Source: Octopus sinensis
Lineage: Eukaryota
Direction of reading: 5' to 3'
Assembly (NCBI RefSeq): GCF_006345805.1
Contig: NC_043011.1
Coordinates: 40,436,464 to 40,500,463 of the forward strand
Length of the DNA stretch: 64,000 nt
Positions within the stretch are counted from its first letter, which is position 1. Each line of letters opens with the position of its first letter. Under the pieces are notes generated by a model. The model had not been told where the DNA came from, did not search any database, and saw only the letters and a program-made list of their open reading frames with translations. The translations under genes were made by a program, and so were the position numbers. This document shows positions 13,706 to 26,500 of the stretch, piece after piece.

Positions 13706-14589
13706 ATATAATATATATATATATATGTATATGGATATGGATATGATATTATATAAATGTGTAGAGGTAACAGATAGTAGTAATTTGCATTCACAGACAG
13801 TTCAACTGTCATGCCATGAAAATTAACGGAAATTACCATGTGCTCTTCTAGAAAAAAGGAAAGTAAACTATGACTTGATTTTAATTTTAATTTAATTTTA
13901 TTAATACCTCCTTTTTTTATCTCTACATATTCAATTTTAGATCATTTTTTTGATAAGGTTTTTCAAAAACCGAAATATGTAAAACGTAACCAAAACATTC
14001 TTCCTTAATATATTTATTTAAAGGGAAATTAAAATGTTCCCAATTTTAAAAATGTAGCATTTTCGTTCTTCTTTTTCATATATATATATAAGAAATAATT
14101 GATAGAGAATGTAGAATATACTGGAAACTTATTTATCACGACGGTTGTTTCTAGACATCCTGCGCAACTCTCTTCCGCATTGATTGTTTCTACTATACTC
14201 AACCTGCACTGTGGAATTCCTAACGTAGATCCAGCGGCGATTGTGCAGTTACCGTGGATGACGCCTGCTAGCCATAAACAGTGAACGTGCTTTGCCGGCA
14301 TACATCTAGGGACATACTAAAACGCAGTTTAAATTTAAAATGTAAATTTAAACTTTAATTATAACACACACTCACAGACACGCACACATTTATATATATA
14401 GATATAAGAGAACAAAATATGAACATACAGTTGCAAGGTATCACATACTCAATATTTTTATATACCACATCGAAGTGACAACAAGATCATATAAATATAT
14501 CTGGAAGTCAGGAAGATACGGATGGTAAAATTTTATAGTGATTTGGTGAAGACGGCTTCTCCAGAACGAGATGGAAGAAAATATGTATG

Positions 14590-15050
14590 TGTGTATGTAT
14601 GTATATCGTCATCGGCGTTAACTCGTATCCGAGTGGTAGATCTGTAGATATTGAGCTTCTTTCTCTTGATGAGTATAAGGAGCGAAGACAAGGCCCAGAC
14701 ATCTGGCCACCCGCCTTCACCAGCAGCGCCACTGGGACTGGTGATACGTCGGATCTGGTCAGGGTGTTTGCAGAGGGTTGCCGGATGTCTCAGATATAAT
14801 CGTAATCTGCCTTTTTCGCGCTAGCCTGCATGACAGCTGTGGTTTTATATGGGAGTTTCCTTCTCCGAGATGGACTGCCTTCCAGGTTAACGAGCTCGAC
14901 TACCTGCAAGCATCTGTTTTTGGGCGCCAGTAACCCGCCCTTTCCCTTTCTCCTGTCAATATGAAGCAGCTCTGCCAGGAACCTAGCCGTCAAGCAGGCC
15001 AGGAGATGAACTTGGTTGCCATTGTTCGTATTTGAGACGCACGCCTTATG
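14590..15050 (-). mobile_element. GC-rich repeat resembling an RTE LINE 5' region or a non-autonomous derivative
   Basis: Sharp GC-rich island; TTTCCTTCTCCGAGATGGACTGCCTTCCAGG resembles RTE 5' regions as I recall them; no ORF. Confidence 0.35.
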
Positions 15051-15209
15051 ACAATATTTTCTAAATAGGTACAAAGCCTGAAATTCGTAGGAGAAACAAA
15101 TACTCCGTTATTTCAACCTATGTACTTGACATCTGTATATACATACATGTATGCGTATATATATATATATATTTATCTAAGTATCTGTTTATATTACTAT
15201 TTATATAAA

Positions 15210-15250
<41 letters not shown>

Positions 15251-15639
15251 TCACTCACTCACTCACGTTCGTAGGTATAGTGAAGCAGAGGGTTGCACAA
15301 TTCACGTATTGAGTCGACAAAAACATATTTGGTTAATTAAATTTAGACCCGTGTTGGAAATAAAAGTTATTAGCTATCATTAGTAATAATTCTCGTCTAA
15401 AAAGAACTCTCCGAAATGCAAATTGAATATAATTTCTATAGGATTATGTAGTGGTGTGGGAGATTGATCTTGGGCAAGTGTAGGGATTATGAGTGACATG
15501 TTTCTAATTTATTCAGCCACTTCAGTTTTATTCTTACTAGAAAAATTTCTAGAAACAGTGAAAATATTCAAAAAAAAATTAATAAAAATCTATTATATAA
15601 ATTATCTTCAAAAGAAGATTAGCAAACACCTGTTGAACT

Positions 15640-16126
15640 ATTTACATTTGACGGATATTTGTCCTCATCTTGTTTGTCGGGAGACCGTACATGTGTGGTG
15701 GTTTATCGTAGTGTCAAGTCAGTTGACTGTATTTCATTGGTGTAAAGTGATCCTTAATCAAGATCTGTGACAACTTCCTCTCTGTTTTCAGAGATGGGTC
15801 TTTCTTTACTTTGCTGTAGCTACCATCACTTATAAGACTTGCCAAGTTTTCCGAGCAGCCATACTTGTTCATCACCAATGTAGCATTTCCTTTGTCTGAC
15901 AACTCGAAAAACTTGGCAAGTCTTATAAGTGATGGTAGCTACAGCAAAGTAAAGAAAGACCCATCTCTGAAAACAGAGAGGAAGTTGTCACAGATCTTCA
16001 TCAAGAACAAGGGTCACTTAACACCAATGAAATATAGACAACTGACTCGACACTACACTAAACTACCTCACATGTACGGTCTCCCAAACAAACAAGATAA
16101 GGAGAAATATCCGTCAAATGTAAATA
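15640..16126. mobile_element. inverted pair of Penelope-like RT N-terminal fragments
   Basis: Minus: DKGNATLVMNK...LISDGSYSKVKKDPSLKTERKL. Plus: LISDGSY...KLPHMYGLP. DKG and P.xYGLPK are PLE RT motifs. Arms 15640-15850 and 15910-16126. Confidence 0.8.
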
Positions 16127-16334
16127 ATCTAAATAATGTACATAATTCCTCATCTCTTAAATATTGAACTGTATTACACCTGTTGGAAGTAAATTTTTGT
16201 GTAGGCGCGTTTCAGTATTCTCAGCTTTTGAAACCCACCTGTTTTAAGGTGTGTGTATACATACACATGCCGTGCACACACATGCGTGCATACACACATA
16301 CATATATCTATATACATGTGTGCATGTGTGGATG

Positions 16335-16365
<31 letters not shown>

Positions 16366-16420
16366 TCAGGGTGAGTACTTGATAATTGTAAGCACCTGTA
16401 TATACCGTTTATAAAACAAA

Positions 16421-16582
16421 ATGATGCCAAGGATTCAGCGGTACATATGTTTCGGGCCTTTATTAGACGGATTTATAACAATGCATAATGTGTGTCTATG
16501 GCCTTAGACACACATTATGCATTGTTATAAATCCGTCTAATAAAGGCCCGAAACATATGTACCGCTGAATCCTTGGCATCAT
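16421..16582. repeat. perfect ~78-bp-arm hairpin containing the 3' half of a hammerhead
   Basis: ATGATGCCAAGG...TGTGTCTA / TAGACACA...CCTTGGCATCAT; each arm carries GGCCC-GAAAC-ATAT-GTA. Confidence 0.85.
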
Positions 16583-16605
16583 GTTTTTATTTTGATTAAT
16601 TTATT

Positions 16606-16636
<31 letters not shown>

Positions 16637-16868
16637 ATATATTTGTGTGTGTCCGTGTGTATATGTTTATGTATGATTATATGCTTTTATGTATATGTCT
16701 GTATGTGTGTATATATATTTGTTATGTTTGTGTGTTTTGTGTGTGCACGCATATGTGTATGTTTATAATTATATAAAAAAACAGTGGCTTTATACTTAGT
16801 GTTTTTGAGTCTTGTCAATTAGAATGCCAGGAAATATGCGTCTCTCTCACACACACGTGCGTGTGTGC

Positions 16869-17091
16869 ATTGTATAAAAGATCGTGGGTAAGGCCAAAAC
16901 AATGCTAAGTAAATGCAAGGTAAATCACCAGAAAACAAATATGTGAATTAATATAGACTTACCTTATATTCAGTATTTCGGGGTTATTGAATACAAGATA
17001 AGTCTACATTAATTCACATATTTGTTTTCTTGTGATTTCCCTTGCATTTACTTCGCATTGTTTTGGCCTTACCCACGATCCTTTATACAAT
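16869..17091. repeat. inverted repeat, ~93-bp arms, ~37-bp spacer
   Basis: 16869-16961 is the reverse complement of 16999-17091 with a few mismatches. Confidence 0.85.
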
Positions 17092-17514
17092 ATATTCTAC
17101 ACAATGCTTCATAATAATTATTCCATTATATATAACTACGAGCAAAACGCCCCCCGTCCAATGGACGGTGCTGAGTTGTCAAACATCTAAACCAAAGTTT
17201 CTCAAAACAACTTGTCCGACCGTCTCATAGGCCTCCCCTTTGAGAAACATTGATTTAACCTAAATTTGAGACACCAACAAAAGAAATAAAGATAGACTTT
17301 TTTCTATTCCAAAGACAAACGATTTTATTCACACAAATATGCAACCGAAGAGTTTAAAGTACCAGTAATGATAAGGCTGTTGACTGGGAGAACACAAACA
17401 TGGTTTAAATAGTAAGCTTGGCAGGAAAGAAACGTGCCTTTAAGCAGTACAAAAACAACAAAAAATGGAAGGTGCAGTTATGTATATGTTGACGGAAGAA
17501 AAGCAGGACAAAAA

Positions 17515-17686
17515 ACGGCTTCATCGATTGCATTCTCACCTGGAATCGATATTTGTAATTTTTTCAAGACTTATACACGCCCTGATACCGTCGGTATCTA
17601 CATATCAAATTTGAGCGCAATCGGATGGAGGATGTCCGAGATCCGAGAAGACACACAGACAGACAGAACGGATTTTATATAAGAGA
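17515..17686 (-). mobile_element. probable non-autonomous Helitron 5' end
   Basis: Minus strand starts (A)TCTCTTATATAAAA, then TCTGTCTGTCTGTG...CCGATTGCGCTCAAATTTG. No 3' CTAG found. Confidence 0.45.
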
Positions 17687-17727
17687 TATATATGTATTTT
17701 TGTTTGTATATATATATATATACATAC

Positions 17728-17756
<29 letters not shown>

Positions 17757-17758
<2 letters not shown>

Positions 17759-17885
17759 ACTTAGAATAACTTAGAATAACTTAGAAAGGTTTTGGCCAGT
17801 ATTGGCCCAGGCCATGTCTAACTTAATAGCACCACCTGGCGAAGTCTTTCAGTTCAGGATTTGGGCACCAAGGCCCATTCGAGCA
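17757..17885 (-). mobile_element. 3' end of a non-LTR element with (TCTAAGTTAT)n tail, in (TA)n
   Basis: Tandem 10-mer tail; homologous shorter copy at 26604-26669 with ATCAAAGT tail. Confidence 0.6.
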
Positions 17886-17903
17886 ATATACATATATATA
17901 TAC

Positions 17904-17935
<32 letters not shown>

Positions 17936-17975
17936 TATATTAAATTATATATATACACGCATATATATATTCATA

Positions 17976-18014
<39 letters not shown>

Positions 18015-18041
18015 TATATATATACATATATATATACATAT

Positions 18042-18106
<65 letters not shown>

Positions 18107-18156
18107 TATACATGTATATATATATATTATAATACATACATACATACATACATACA

Positions 18157-18238
<82 letters not shown>

Positions 18239-18548
18239 GTATGTATGCTCTGAAATCTGTATGAATGATGTCAAGATGGATTGTTAACCCAAACCAAGAT
18301 GGCTGCTGTCCAATGACTAACCGTTATGTTTTTATATTATAAACATAACGTGAATATGTTAGAAAGTTTATAGAAATTTGATTGCTGCAAACGTACGATT
18401 TGTTTTCCCCTTATTACGAGCTAGCTCTTTATTGTACGTGACTTTACAGCTGCCCTGAAGAACAGAATAATAATTCTATACATATATGCATACGTAAGTA
18501 CATACATACATAAATACATGCATACATACATACATAATACATACATCA

Positions 18549-18579
<31 letters not shown>

Positions 18580-18700
18580 CATACATACATACATACATAC
18601 AAGTTTACAGTCGGAGAGAGAAAAGAAATGGAAAAAATTAGCGGATAGATAGATAGACAGACAGATAGACAGATAGATAGATATAAAGAGAGAGAGAGAG

Positions 18701-18732
<32 letters not shown>

Positions 18733-19461
18733 AAAATGAGAGAGAGGGAGTGAGAAAAAGAAGGGCAGAGAGAGAAAAATAGTATGGCCGATATTACTTA
18801 ATCTTATTCAGTCATATGAAATAAGTGACACATGTACTGCATGTACAGAAATCATTATTATTCTAAAGTTAGACCTCGCAACAACGAATAAAATATTGCC
18901 ACCTTACAGCATCTACGAAACGAAATACTAAAGATGCAATCAAAACTATAGAAGCAAGCAATTAACATGTCTAGTGTCTTATATGTAGCTGGACTATAAC
19001 ATTAAGAATTGTTTCTGAATCTTGTCTATCCGTACGATTTCTCTTCGTAAAATTTATTTCCGTTACTCTTGGCCTAAGCTGTCAAATTTACGTCAAATAT
19101 ATAAGCAACTGAATTTTAACTAGAATAATGGTATTTTTCGTTCATTTCTATTAAATTTTGCTAAATTTTATTCATATTTTTGTACATACACATATAATAT
19201 AGAGAGGCATATGTGCTTACATCCGTACTTACGTACCATCATGCACACATACATATATGTGAGTATGAGTGTGTGTGTGTGTGCATTCGTGGGCGTGCGT
19301 GTGTGTTTGAAAATCTCATTTTCTTGATATTTTACAGTGTCAATTAGAGTGTCTACAAGATGTATCAGGTGTTCGTACAAGGTATTTTAGCCTTGACTAT
19401 TTTTCAGAAAGTGTGAAACCTATACCAGCACACATACACCTGCTGGTGCGCGCGCGCACAC

Positions 19462-19496
<35 letters not shown>

Positions 19497-19600
19497 ACAC
19501 ACTCACACACACACACACACACTTACACACACACACACACAACACACACACACACACACACTTACACACACGCACACACACACACATTCACACATATATA

Positions 19601-19856
19601 TGAGAGTTGTATCGAAAGTAATGCAAAAAATACGCATACATTAACAAATGTAATTCGTTCAACTTGCGCATCTTGATAGGTTAACGCTTCCTCTGTAGCA
19701 ACTCTTTTCTCCGTCCTTCTTCGTTGCGGGTAAATATTTGCTTCCTAGTAGAAGCGACATCCCGTCGTTGAGTTCTTGACTGAAAAAGGGTGAGCTTTGT
19801 CTGACATCCACAGAAAGCTATGGGATTTTACCAAGATGACATTATTGACGAAAGTC
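19601..19856 (+). mobile_element. mariner 5' fragment
   Basis: Follows TA; decayed translation VVEFLTEKG*ALSDIHRKL...YQDDIIDES resembles a mariner transposase N-terminus. Confidence 0.5.
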
Positions 19857-19892
19857 TTCCGGTAGATTTCGACTTTTTAACTTTCGGGGTCA

Positions 19893-20309
19893 CTCTTTTA
19901 CTTGTTTCAGTCATTTGACTGTGGCCATGCTGGAGCACCACCTTTAGTCGAGCAAATTGGGGACTTATTCTTTGTAAGCCTAGTACTTATTCTATCGGTC
20001 TTTGGCCGAACCGCTAAGTTACGGGGACGTAAACACACCAGCATCGGTTGTCAAGCGATGTTGGGGCGACAAACACAGACACACACACACAGACACACAC
20101 ACACACACACGCGCGCACACACACACACTCACACACACACACATACATATATATATACATATATACGACGGGCTTCTTTCAGTTTCCGTCTACCAAATCC
20201 ATTCTCAAGGCTTTGTTCGACTCGCGGCTATAGTAGAAGACACTTGCCTGTACCCGGAACCATGTGGTCGGTAAGCAAGCTACTTACCACACACCTACTC
20301 CTACGCCTA
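19893..20309 (-). mobile_element. SINE family C, nested in a family-B copy
   Basis: tRNA-like head, internal (CA)n/(TA)n, AAAGAGT tail; family-B sequence on both sides. Confidence 0.8.
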
Positions 20310-20511
20310 CGGGTTGATAAATCATTCTTTTCTACTCCAGGCACAAGGCTCGAAATTTTTGGGGAGGTGTCAAGTCGATTAGATCTACCCCAGTACTCAA
20401 CTGGTACTGATAGACAAAGTATTATTTGAACACTGGTATCGATGTAGTCGACTTCCTTCATCTCCTTAAAATTGCTGACTTTGTACTAAAAATTAGAAAG
20501 AATTATTGACA

Positions 20512-20660
20512 AGGAGTGGTTGTGTGGTAAGAAGCTTTCTTACCAACTACATGATTCTAGGTTCAGTCCCACTGCGTGGCACCTTGGACGACTGTCTTCT
20601 GCTATAGCCTCGGGCCGACTGAAGCCTTGTGGGTGGTAGACAGAAACTGAAATAAGCTCG

Positions 20661-20694
<34 letters not shown>

Positions 20695-20900
20695 TTGTAT
20701 GTCTGTTTGTTCCTCCTCCACCGTCGCTTGACAACCGATGTTGGTGTGACTACGTCCCCGTAACTTAGCAGTTCAGCAATAGAGACCGATAGAATAAGTA
20801 CTAGGCTTACAAAGAATAAGTTCGATTTGTTCGACTAAAGGCGGAGCTCCAGCATGGCTGCAGTCAAATGACTGAAACAAATAAAAGAGTAAAAGAGTAA
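20512..20900 (+). mobile_element. SINE family C
   Basis: AGGAGTGGTTGTGTGGTAAG...GGTTCAGTCCC...CACCTTGGACG; tail (AAAAGAGT)2. Confidence 0.8.
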
Positions 20901-21038
20901 TTATGTGTCGATGGATGAAGAATTTTAAAGAAACGGTAACTAGTACGGAAGCAAGCCATGCCGTGGGAGACCATCAACTGCGACCATTTACACGAATGTC
21001 GAATGAACAAATGATCGACAGCTAGCAAGCCTTGCTAC

Positions 21039-21081
21039 TCCAGATTGATGATGAGCAATGACTCTGAAACTAGTCTCTGGA
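21039..21081 (+). ncRNA. minimal type I hammerhead, C3U variant or decayed
   Basis: TCCAGA-TTGATGA-TGAG CAATGA CTCT-GAAAC-TA-GTC-TCTGGA. Confidence 0.65.
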
Positions 21082-22874
21082 TGCTGGCTATGCTGGGTGG
21101 AGGTGCTTATCTCCCCTTTGAAAACATAAGGACACAGAAAATGTGCCATGGCCAACTGGAAACGGTGTTTCCTTGGGCTAAATAGCAGTAGCATTCTTCC
21201 TATTCATAGGACGGCCACATTAAGTTGGCAGCATACCATCAGTTTATCTTACTGCTACTGTATAAATCTCTCTGAAAGATTTAGAAATATCATATTTCTA
21301 AAATCAAAATAAGCAACAGGATATCGAGTAGTGATGCAGTACGACCGTTTCAAGTAGTTCCATTTAATTGAACAATGCAATCATTACATCGATTTAAATG
21401 TAGTGCAATCTTCAGCTGCACAAATAAATAAATAGAATTTTAACAAGTAGGACACATTAATATAATTTTTCTCAAATATTTTAACAGAAAAAGATGGAAG
21501 AAATTTATGATGTCGCTATTGTAGCTAAGAATAGACTACACTTCCGAAAATCATATGAAGCCTATTGGGGTAATAGTATTGTAAGGGATTGTAATTCATT
21601 TCTAATTCATTTATCTCTTTATCAATTACTAAATCTAAGACTAGAAGACTGATTCTACTTTGAATAAAGGAGAAGAGTTAGTTGACAGCCCATGGCTAGG
21701 TATGGTCATAAATATTATCGTATGTATCCCTTTTCCCCAGGGAGGAAAGAAGACATTAGGAGTAGTCAATTGGATATAAGTAACCGTCTATAAAAAGAGG
21801 TTGGGTAGGGAAGACTTTAAATCACGATGTTAATTACCAGTTAAAGGGGAAAGACGCTAAGAGAGCTAAGATGTTAATACAGAGTAAATTTTATTTTGGG
21901 GCACTATGGGTGATTGTTTATAAACAATATTGTTATGTTGTATAAAAATAAAATTTAAGATTTTTCAAAAATGATATCATAACCAAAATAGGCAAAATGT
22001 GTGTATATATCACTTATAAACATTAAAAATGAAAGATTACATAGAACCAGTTTAATATTCATTCCTGTACTTAATTAATTACTTATAAGGTGGTTTGTAC
22101 AAATACTGCTCGAGGCATTTACTTATGGAATAACTGGAAAGATATACATGTTATCTATTAATTTTAAGCCATGAATCAGAAAAAAGTAAAGATGCATACA
22201 GATACACACACATTTATATATGTTCTTATATGCACATACACAGATATTTATACGTTTATAAGGATATAGTATAATCATCTCGCATAGACCTAAGTAACTG
22301 AAAAATATCTATTTAAGAATAAGGAAAGTAACAATTTATAAGGGATAAGAGGTTAATAGGAAAGGATATGAAAATAAGAAAACAAAATAATAAGTATTTA
22401 TAGAACCGTATAAATATTTGTGTAAGTGTATTTATGCGTATATGCACATAACCTATGAGCATATATGCACATTACCAATTTGGGGATTGGTATAGTTTTC
22501 ATTACCGAAGTTTGGTGCGAGCCCTTTAAGGGTCTGCCACGTAAAGATCAACGCATATCTTCTCTTTAGGGAGTAGAGTTTCAATGCTTTCAACGACTCG
22601 CAGCAGCTTAGCTCTTTCCTTAAAGCGTGCGAAGCATCTTTGGATTGCTTCAGGTTTTGTTGTTAATTTAATACTGTTTGGCGACTATCATTATGAGCAG
22701 TAGTCCAGGCAACAAACGGTAAAGTTTTCGCCATAAATGTAGAATGGTATTTTGCTCCCTGGTACTAAATGATCTCAGGTTTCAACCCGCCTTCCTTTTA
22801 CATATCGTTGCTGCAGTGGTAATGTGTACATCAAAAGACCCCTCATAACTCATTTATATCCCAAATAGATTATT

Positions 22875-23340
22875 CTTTTCTACTCTAAGTACAAGGCCCG
22901 AACTTTTTGGTGTGGGTGCCAGTCAATTAGATTGACCCCAGTATGCAACTGGTACATAATTTATCGACCCCGAAAGGTTGAAAGGCTAAGTCGACCTCGA
23001 TGGAATTTGAACTCAGAACGTAAGGACAGACGAAATACCTATTTCTTTACTACCCACAAGGGGCTAAACACAGAGAAGAGAAACAAGGACAGACAAACGG
23101 ATTAAGTCGATTATATCGAACCCAGTGCGTAACTGGTACTTATTTAATCGACTCCGAAAGGATGAAAGGCAAAGTCGACCTCGGCGGAATTTGAACTCAG
23201 AACGTAACGGCAGACGAAATACGAATTTCTTTATTGCCCACCGGGGGCCAAACATAGATATGGACAGTACAACTGATGGGATCAGTCCGGCTACGCATTT
23301 CGCCCGGCGTGCTAACGTTTCTGCCAGCTCGCGCCGCCTT
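22875..23340 (-). mobile_element. nested family-B SINEs
   Basis: Three family-B segments joined at GAAATA/GTATTTC. Confidence 0.8.
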
Positions 23341-23804
23341 CCCAGATAATTTATTGACGTAGACTACATAGAAGCCGTCTCACATTGTATGCATGTGTGT
23401 GTGTGTGTGTGTGTGTTTGCGTGTGTGTGTGTGTGTGTGCGTGCGCGGGGGGGGGGCTATTTGTCCTTATCTCACCGCTTGAGATACAGTGCTGTTTTTT
23501 ATGTCCCGTGACATGGTCGTTGAGCAAAACAGGATAGAATAAGTATCAGATTTTAAAATAAAAACCGTGACAGCAAGATTGGAGTTTTGAAACCTCATAG
23601 ACATATATTGCAAACTCGCCATGTCTTCTCTCTTTCCTGTTAATATTGAATATAACATATTTCGCTAAATGAATTTCTGCGTCAGCTATATTTGTTATTA
23701 AGTTGGTATTTTTTTTATTGCCATGTATATTGCATAATTGCATTTAGTGGTAAATATATTGTAGCAAATGTACTATGCGTCTGAAAAACGAAATGTCTTT
23801 AATT

Positions 23805-24155
23805 TAATAGTAACTGTATCGAAACCTCCCGACGATCCACTAAATAATTTGGTCAAATATACAGTGTGGCTAAATGAATAAGCATTTTTATAACTGTTAC
23901 ATATTTCGCAGCTAAACAAGCAGTAACTATGTTCAACAGTAGATGATGCGACGAACAGTCACCGAAACATCTAACTGTTCCGCAAGGTAACTTGTAGTAA
24001 ATACATTGTACAACTGAATGAATAAACCCCTATATAACTGTTATATACTGTACAGATAAACTATTAACTATCTTTAATTCAACAGCGACTGAGAAGGCGG
24101 AGAGTCGTCGAAACATCTAGCTGCTCCACAAGATGACTTGTGCTAAATGTTCAAC
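23805..24155 (+). repeat. decayed ~145-bp tandem repeat (~2.4 units) with hammerhead remnants
   Basis: GAAAC at 23821, 23964, 24110; TAACTGTTA and GAATAA recur; AACAGCGA-CTGAGAA-GGCGG AGAG TCGTC-GAAAC-ATCTA-GCTG. Confidence 0.6.
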
Positions 24156-25108
24156 GCAAACTTTTACTTTTCTTAATTTAGAATAATAACATCTGGAGAA
24201 CATTTCCAGAAAGTGTAAATTTATCGATTTTTTTTCAAGCATATATCCTTCGCCATCTGTAAGAAGAATAAGTAACAACAACGAGGAGGCGGTTTATTTA
24301 TAATTTCTTTCGAAAGACGTAGAGCGAAGGAAAGTAACATTCTTTTGTTCTCTCAGTTCTCTTCAGTTTTGAAGAGCGAATACAATAGCAGAAGATGCAA
24401 AGATTGAATGACACAATCGAAACGATTTTGTTTATGCTTTTGTTTTTCAGGAGGTTTGAGAATATTAAAGAAAGCTATAAAACAATAAAGATTAAACTGA
24501 ACGTAAAGAAGTGGGCTACGATGACAACGATGACGACGACGATGAGGAGGACGACAAAGACGCGGACGACAACAACGATGGCGAAGGCAACGACAACGAT
24601 GATGATGATGGTGACAAAACGAGGCTGTACAAATTCATTAGGAAACATCTACCGACGCATATCTAATAGTATACACCATGCTTCGATATATCAAATACAA
24701 ACAATCACACATATACACTTATAAAGAAGTACACACACAGGCACGATTTTTGCATGGTTATATATGTATAAAGAAAACTCCGAATGACCCGTCCTTGTTT
24801 TCTTTGTATCCTCTATCTGGATGTTTTGTTGTCCCTTTCTTGTATCACCTAACTGTCTGGATGTTTTGCGTTCTTGTTCCATTTTGTATTATATATATAT
24901 ATATATATATATTATGTGAAATAGAAAGATGAATAATCTTGTAGCAGATTAATCAAAAGTTTAACCGATACCTTGGTAGCAAAAATCACAGCAGAAGACA
25001 GCACAGTTGGAGGTACAACCATATGGTGTTGCAACCGTGCGTTGGTGCGGATAATTGAATTTTAATATTATTAGTGAAATGAAGAAATGGAGCTGAACGA
25101 AATCGTTT

Positions 25109-25201
25109 TATTTCATTCTACACGTGTTTCGAAAGGCACAATTTACCAAAATCCGACTGAATAATGAGACCATATTGTGTCTTTCTCTTCAGGAAGAAAT
25201 A
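25109..25201 (-). ncRNA. type I hammerhead ribozyme
   Basis: Reverse complement of 26314-26406. Confidence 0.9.
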
Positions 25202-26313
25202 GGAAATCCGTTGGAAAAAACAAAAACAGAACAGAGGCGGAGCAAAACAAATCGAACTAGGCTCCTAAGAGCCCATGGCCAAACTGTTTATCAGTGTATA
25301 TTGAGAACGGGTGGTGGGTGCGTTGAAGAATTTAACGGGTCAGGCAGCGGTCATTCCTGTGGGTGAGGGCACGAGGTGTGTAGATGTTCTTTGTGACCGA
25401 GAGTAAAGTTCTGACTATTTAAAGAATATTGGATGTATTATATGGGGCGAGTCAAAATCTACTTAGAGACATGTGTGTGTTTACTGTTCTATATATGTGT
25501 GCTGGCGCGAGTTGGTAAGAAGCGCTATTTTCTGGTCACTGCTGAGAACTCCGTCAAGGGGTAGAAAACATTTTTTGTGTACGTGTGTGCGTTTGATCGC
25601 GCGGCTGTCAGTTGTTAAACAGCTCTACACAATGGTCACTGCAGTAAAAACCGTCGGGCGGCAGAAAAATATTTTATGTTTTATGTGTGCGTGTGTTCGT
25701 CTAATCATGCCTTGTCAAAGAGACCCCCCGTCGTCAAAAACAAAGCCCCATTCATCTCACAGGAGTAGTGAGATGAGCATGATTAGACGAACATGATTGA
25801 CAAGGCATGATTAGACGAACACACGCACACATAAAACATAAAATATTTTTCTGCCGCCCGACGGTTTTTACTGCAGTGACCATTGTGTAGAGCTGTTTAA
25901 CAACTGACAGCCGCGCGATCAAACGCACACACGTACACAAAAAATGTTTTCTACCCCTTGACGGAGTTCTCAGCAGTGACCAGAAAATAGCGCTTCTTAC
26001 CAACTCGCGCCAGCACACATATATAGAACAGTAAACACACACATGTCTCTAAGTAGATTTTGACTCGCCCCATATAATACATCCAATATTCTTTAAATAG
26101 TCAGAACTTTACTCTCGGTCACAAAGAACATCTACACACCTCGTGCCCTCACCCACAGGAATGACCGCTGCCTGACCCGTTAAATTCTTCAACGCACCCA
26201 CCACCCGTTCTCAACATACACCGATAAACAGTTTGGCCATGGGCTCTTAGGAGCCTAGTTCGATTTGTTTTGCTCCGCCTCTGTTCTGTTTTTGTTTTTT
26301 CAAACGGATTTCC

Positions 26314-26406
26314 TATTTCTTCCTGAAGAGAAAGACACAATATGGTCTCATTATTCAGTCGGATTTTGGTAAATTGTGCCTTTCGAAACACGTGTAGAAT
26401 GAAATA
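26314..26406 (+). ncRNA. type I hammerhead ribozyme
   Basis: TATTTCTTC-CTGAAGA-GAAAGACACAAT...ATTGTGCCTTTC-GAAAC-ACGT-GTA^GAATGAAATA. Confidence 0.9.
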
Positions 26407-26454
26407 AAACGATTTCTGTTCAATCTTCGTTCAGCTCCATTTCTTCATTTCACT

Positions 26455-26499
<45 letters not shown>

Positions 26500-26500
26500 A

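Larger units (their letters stand above)
24911..26463. mobile_element. fold-back element, ~650-bp near-identical arms (25065-25718 / 25797-26463), one hammerhead per arm
   Basis: Mirror ORFs on opposite strands; a few SNPs and one ~11-nt indel between arms; (TA)n on both flanks. Confidence 0.92.
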
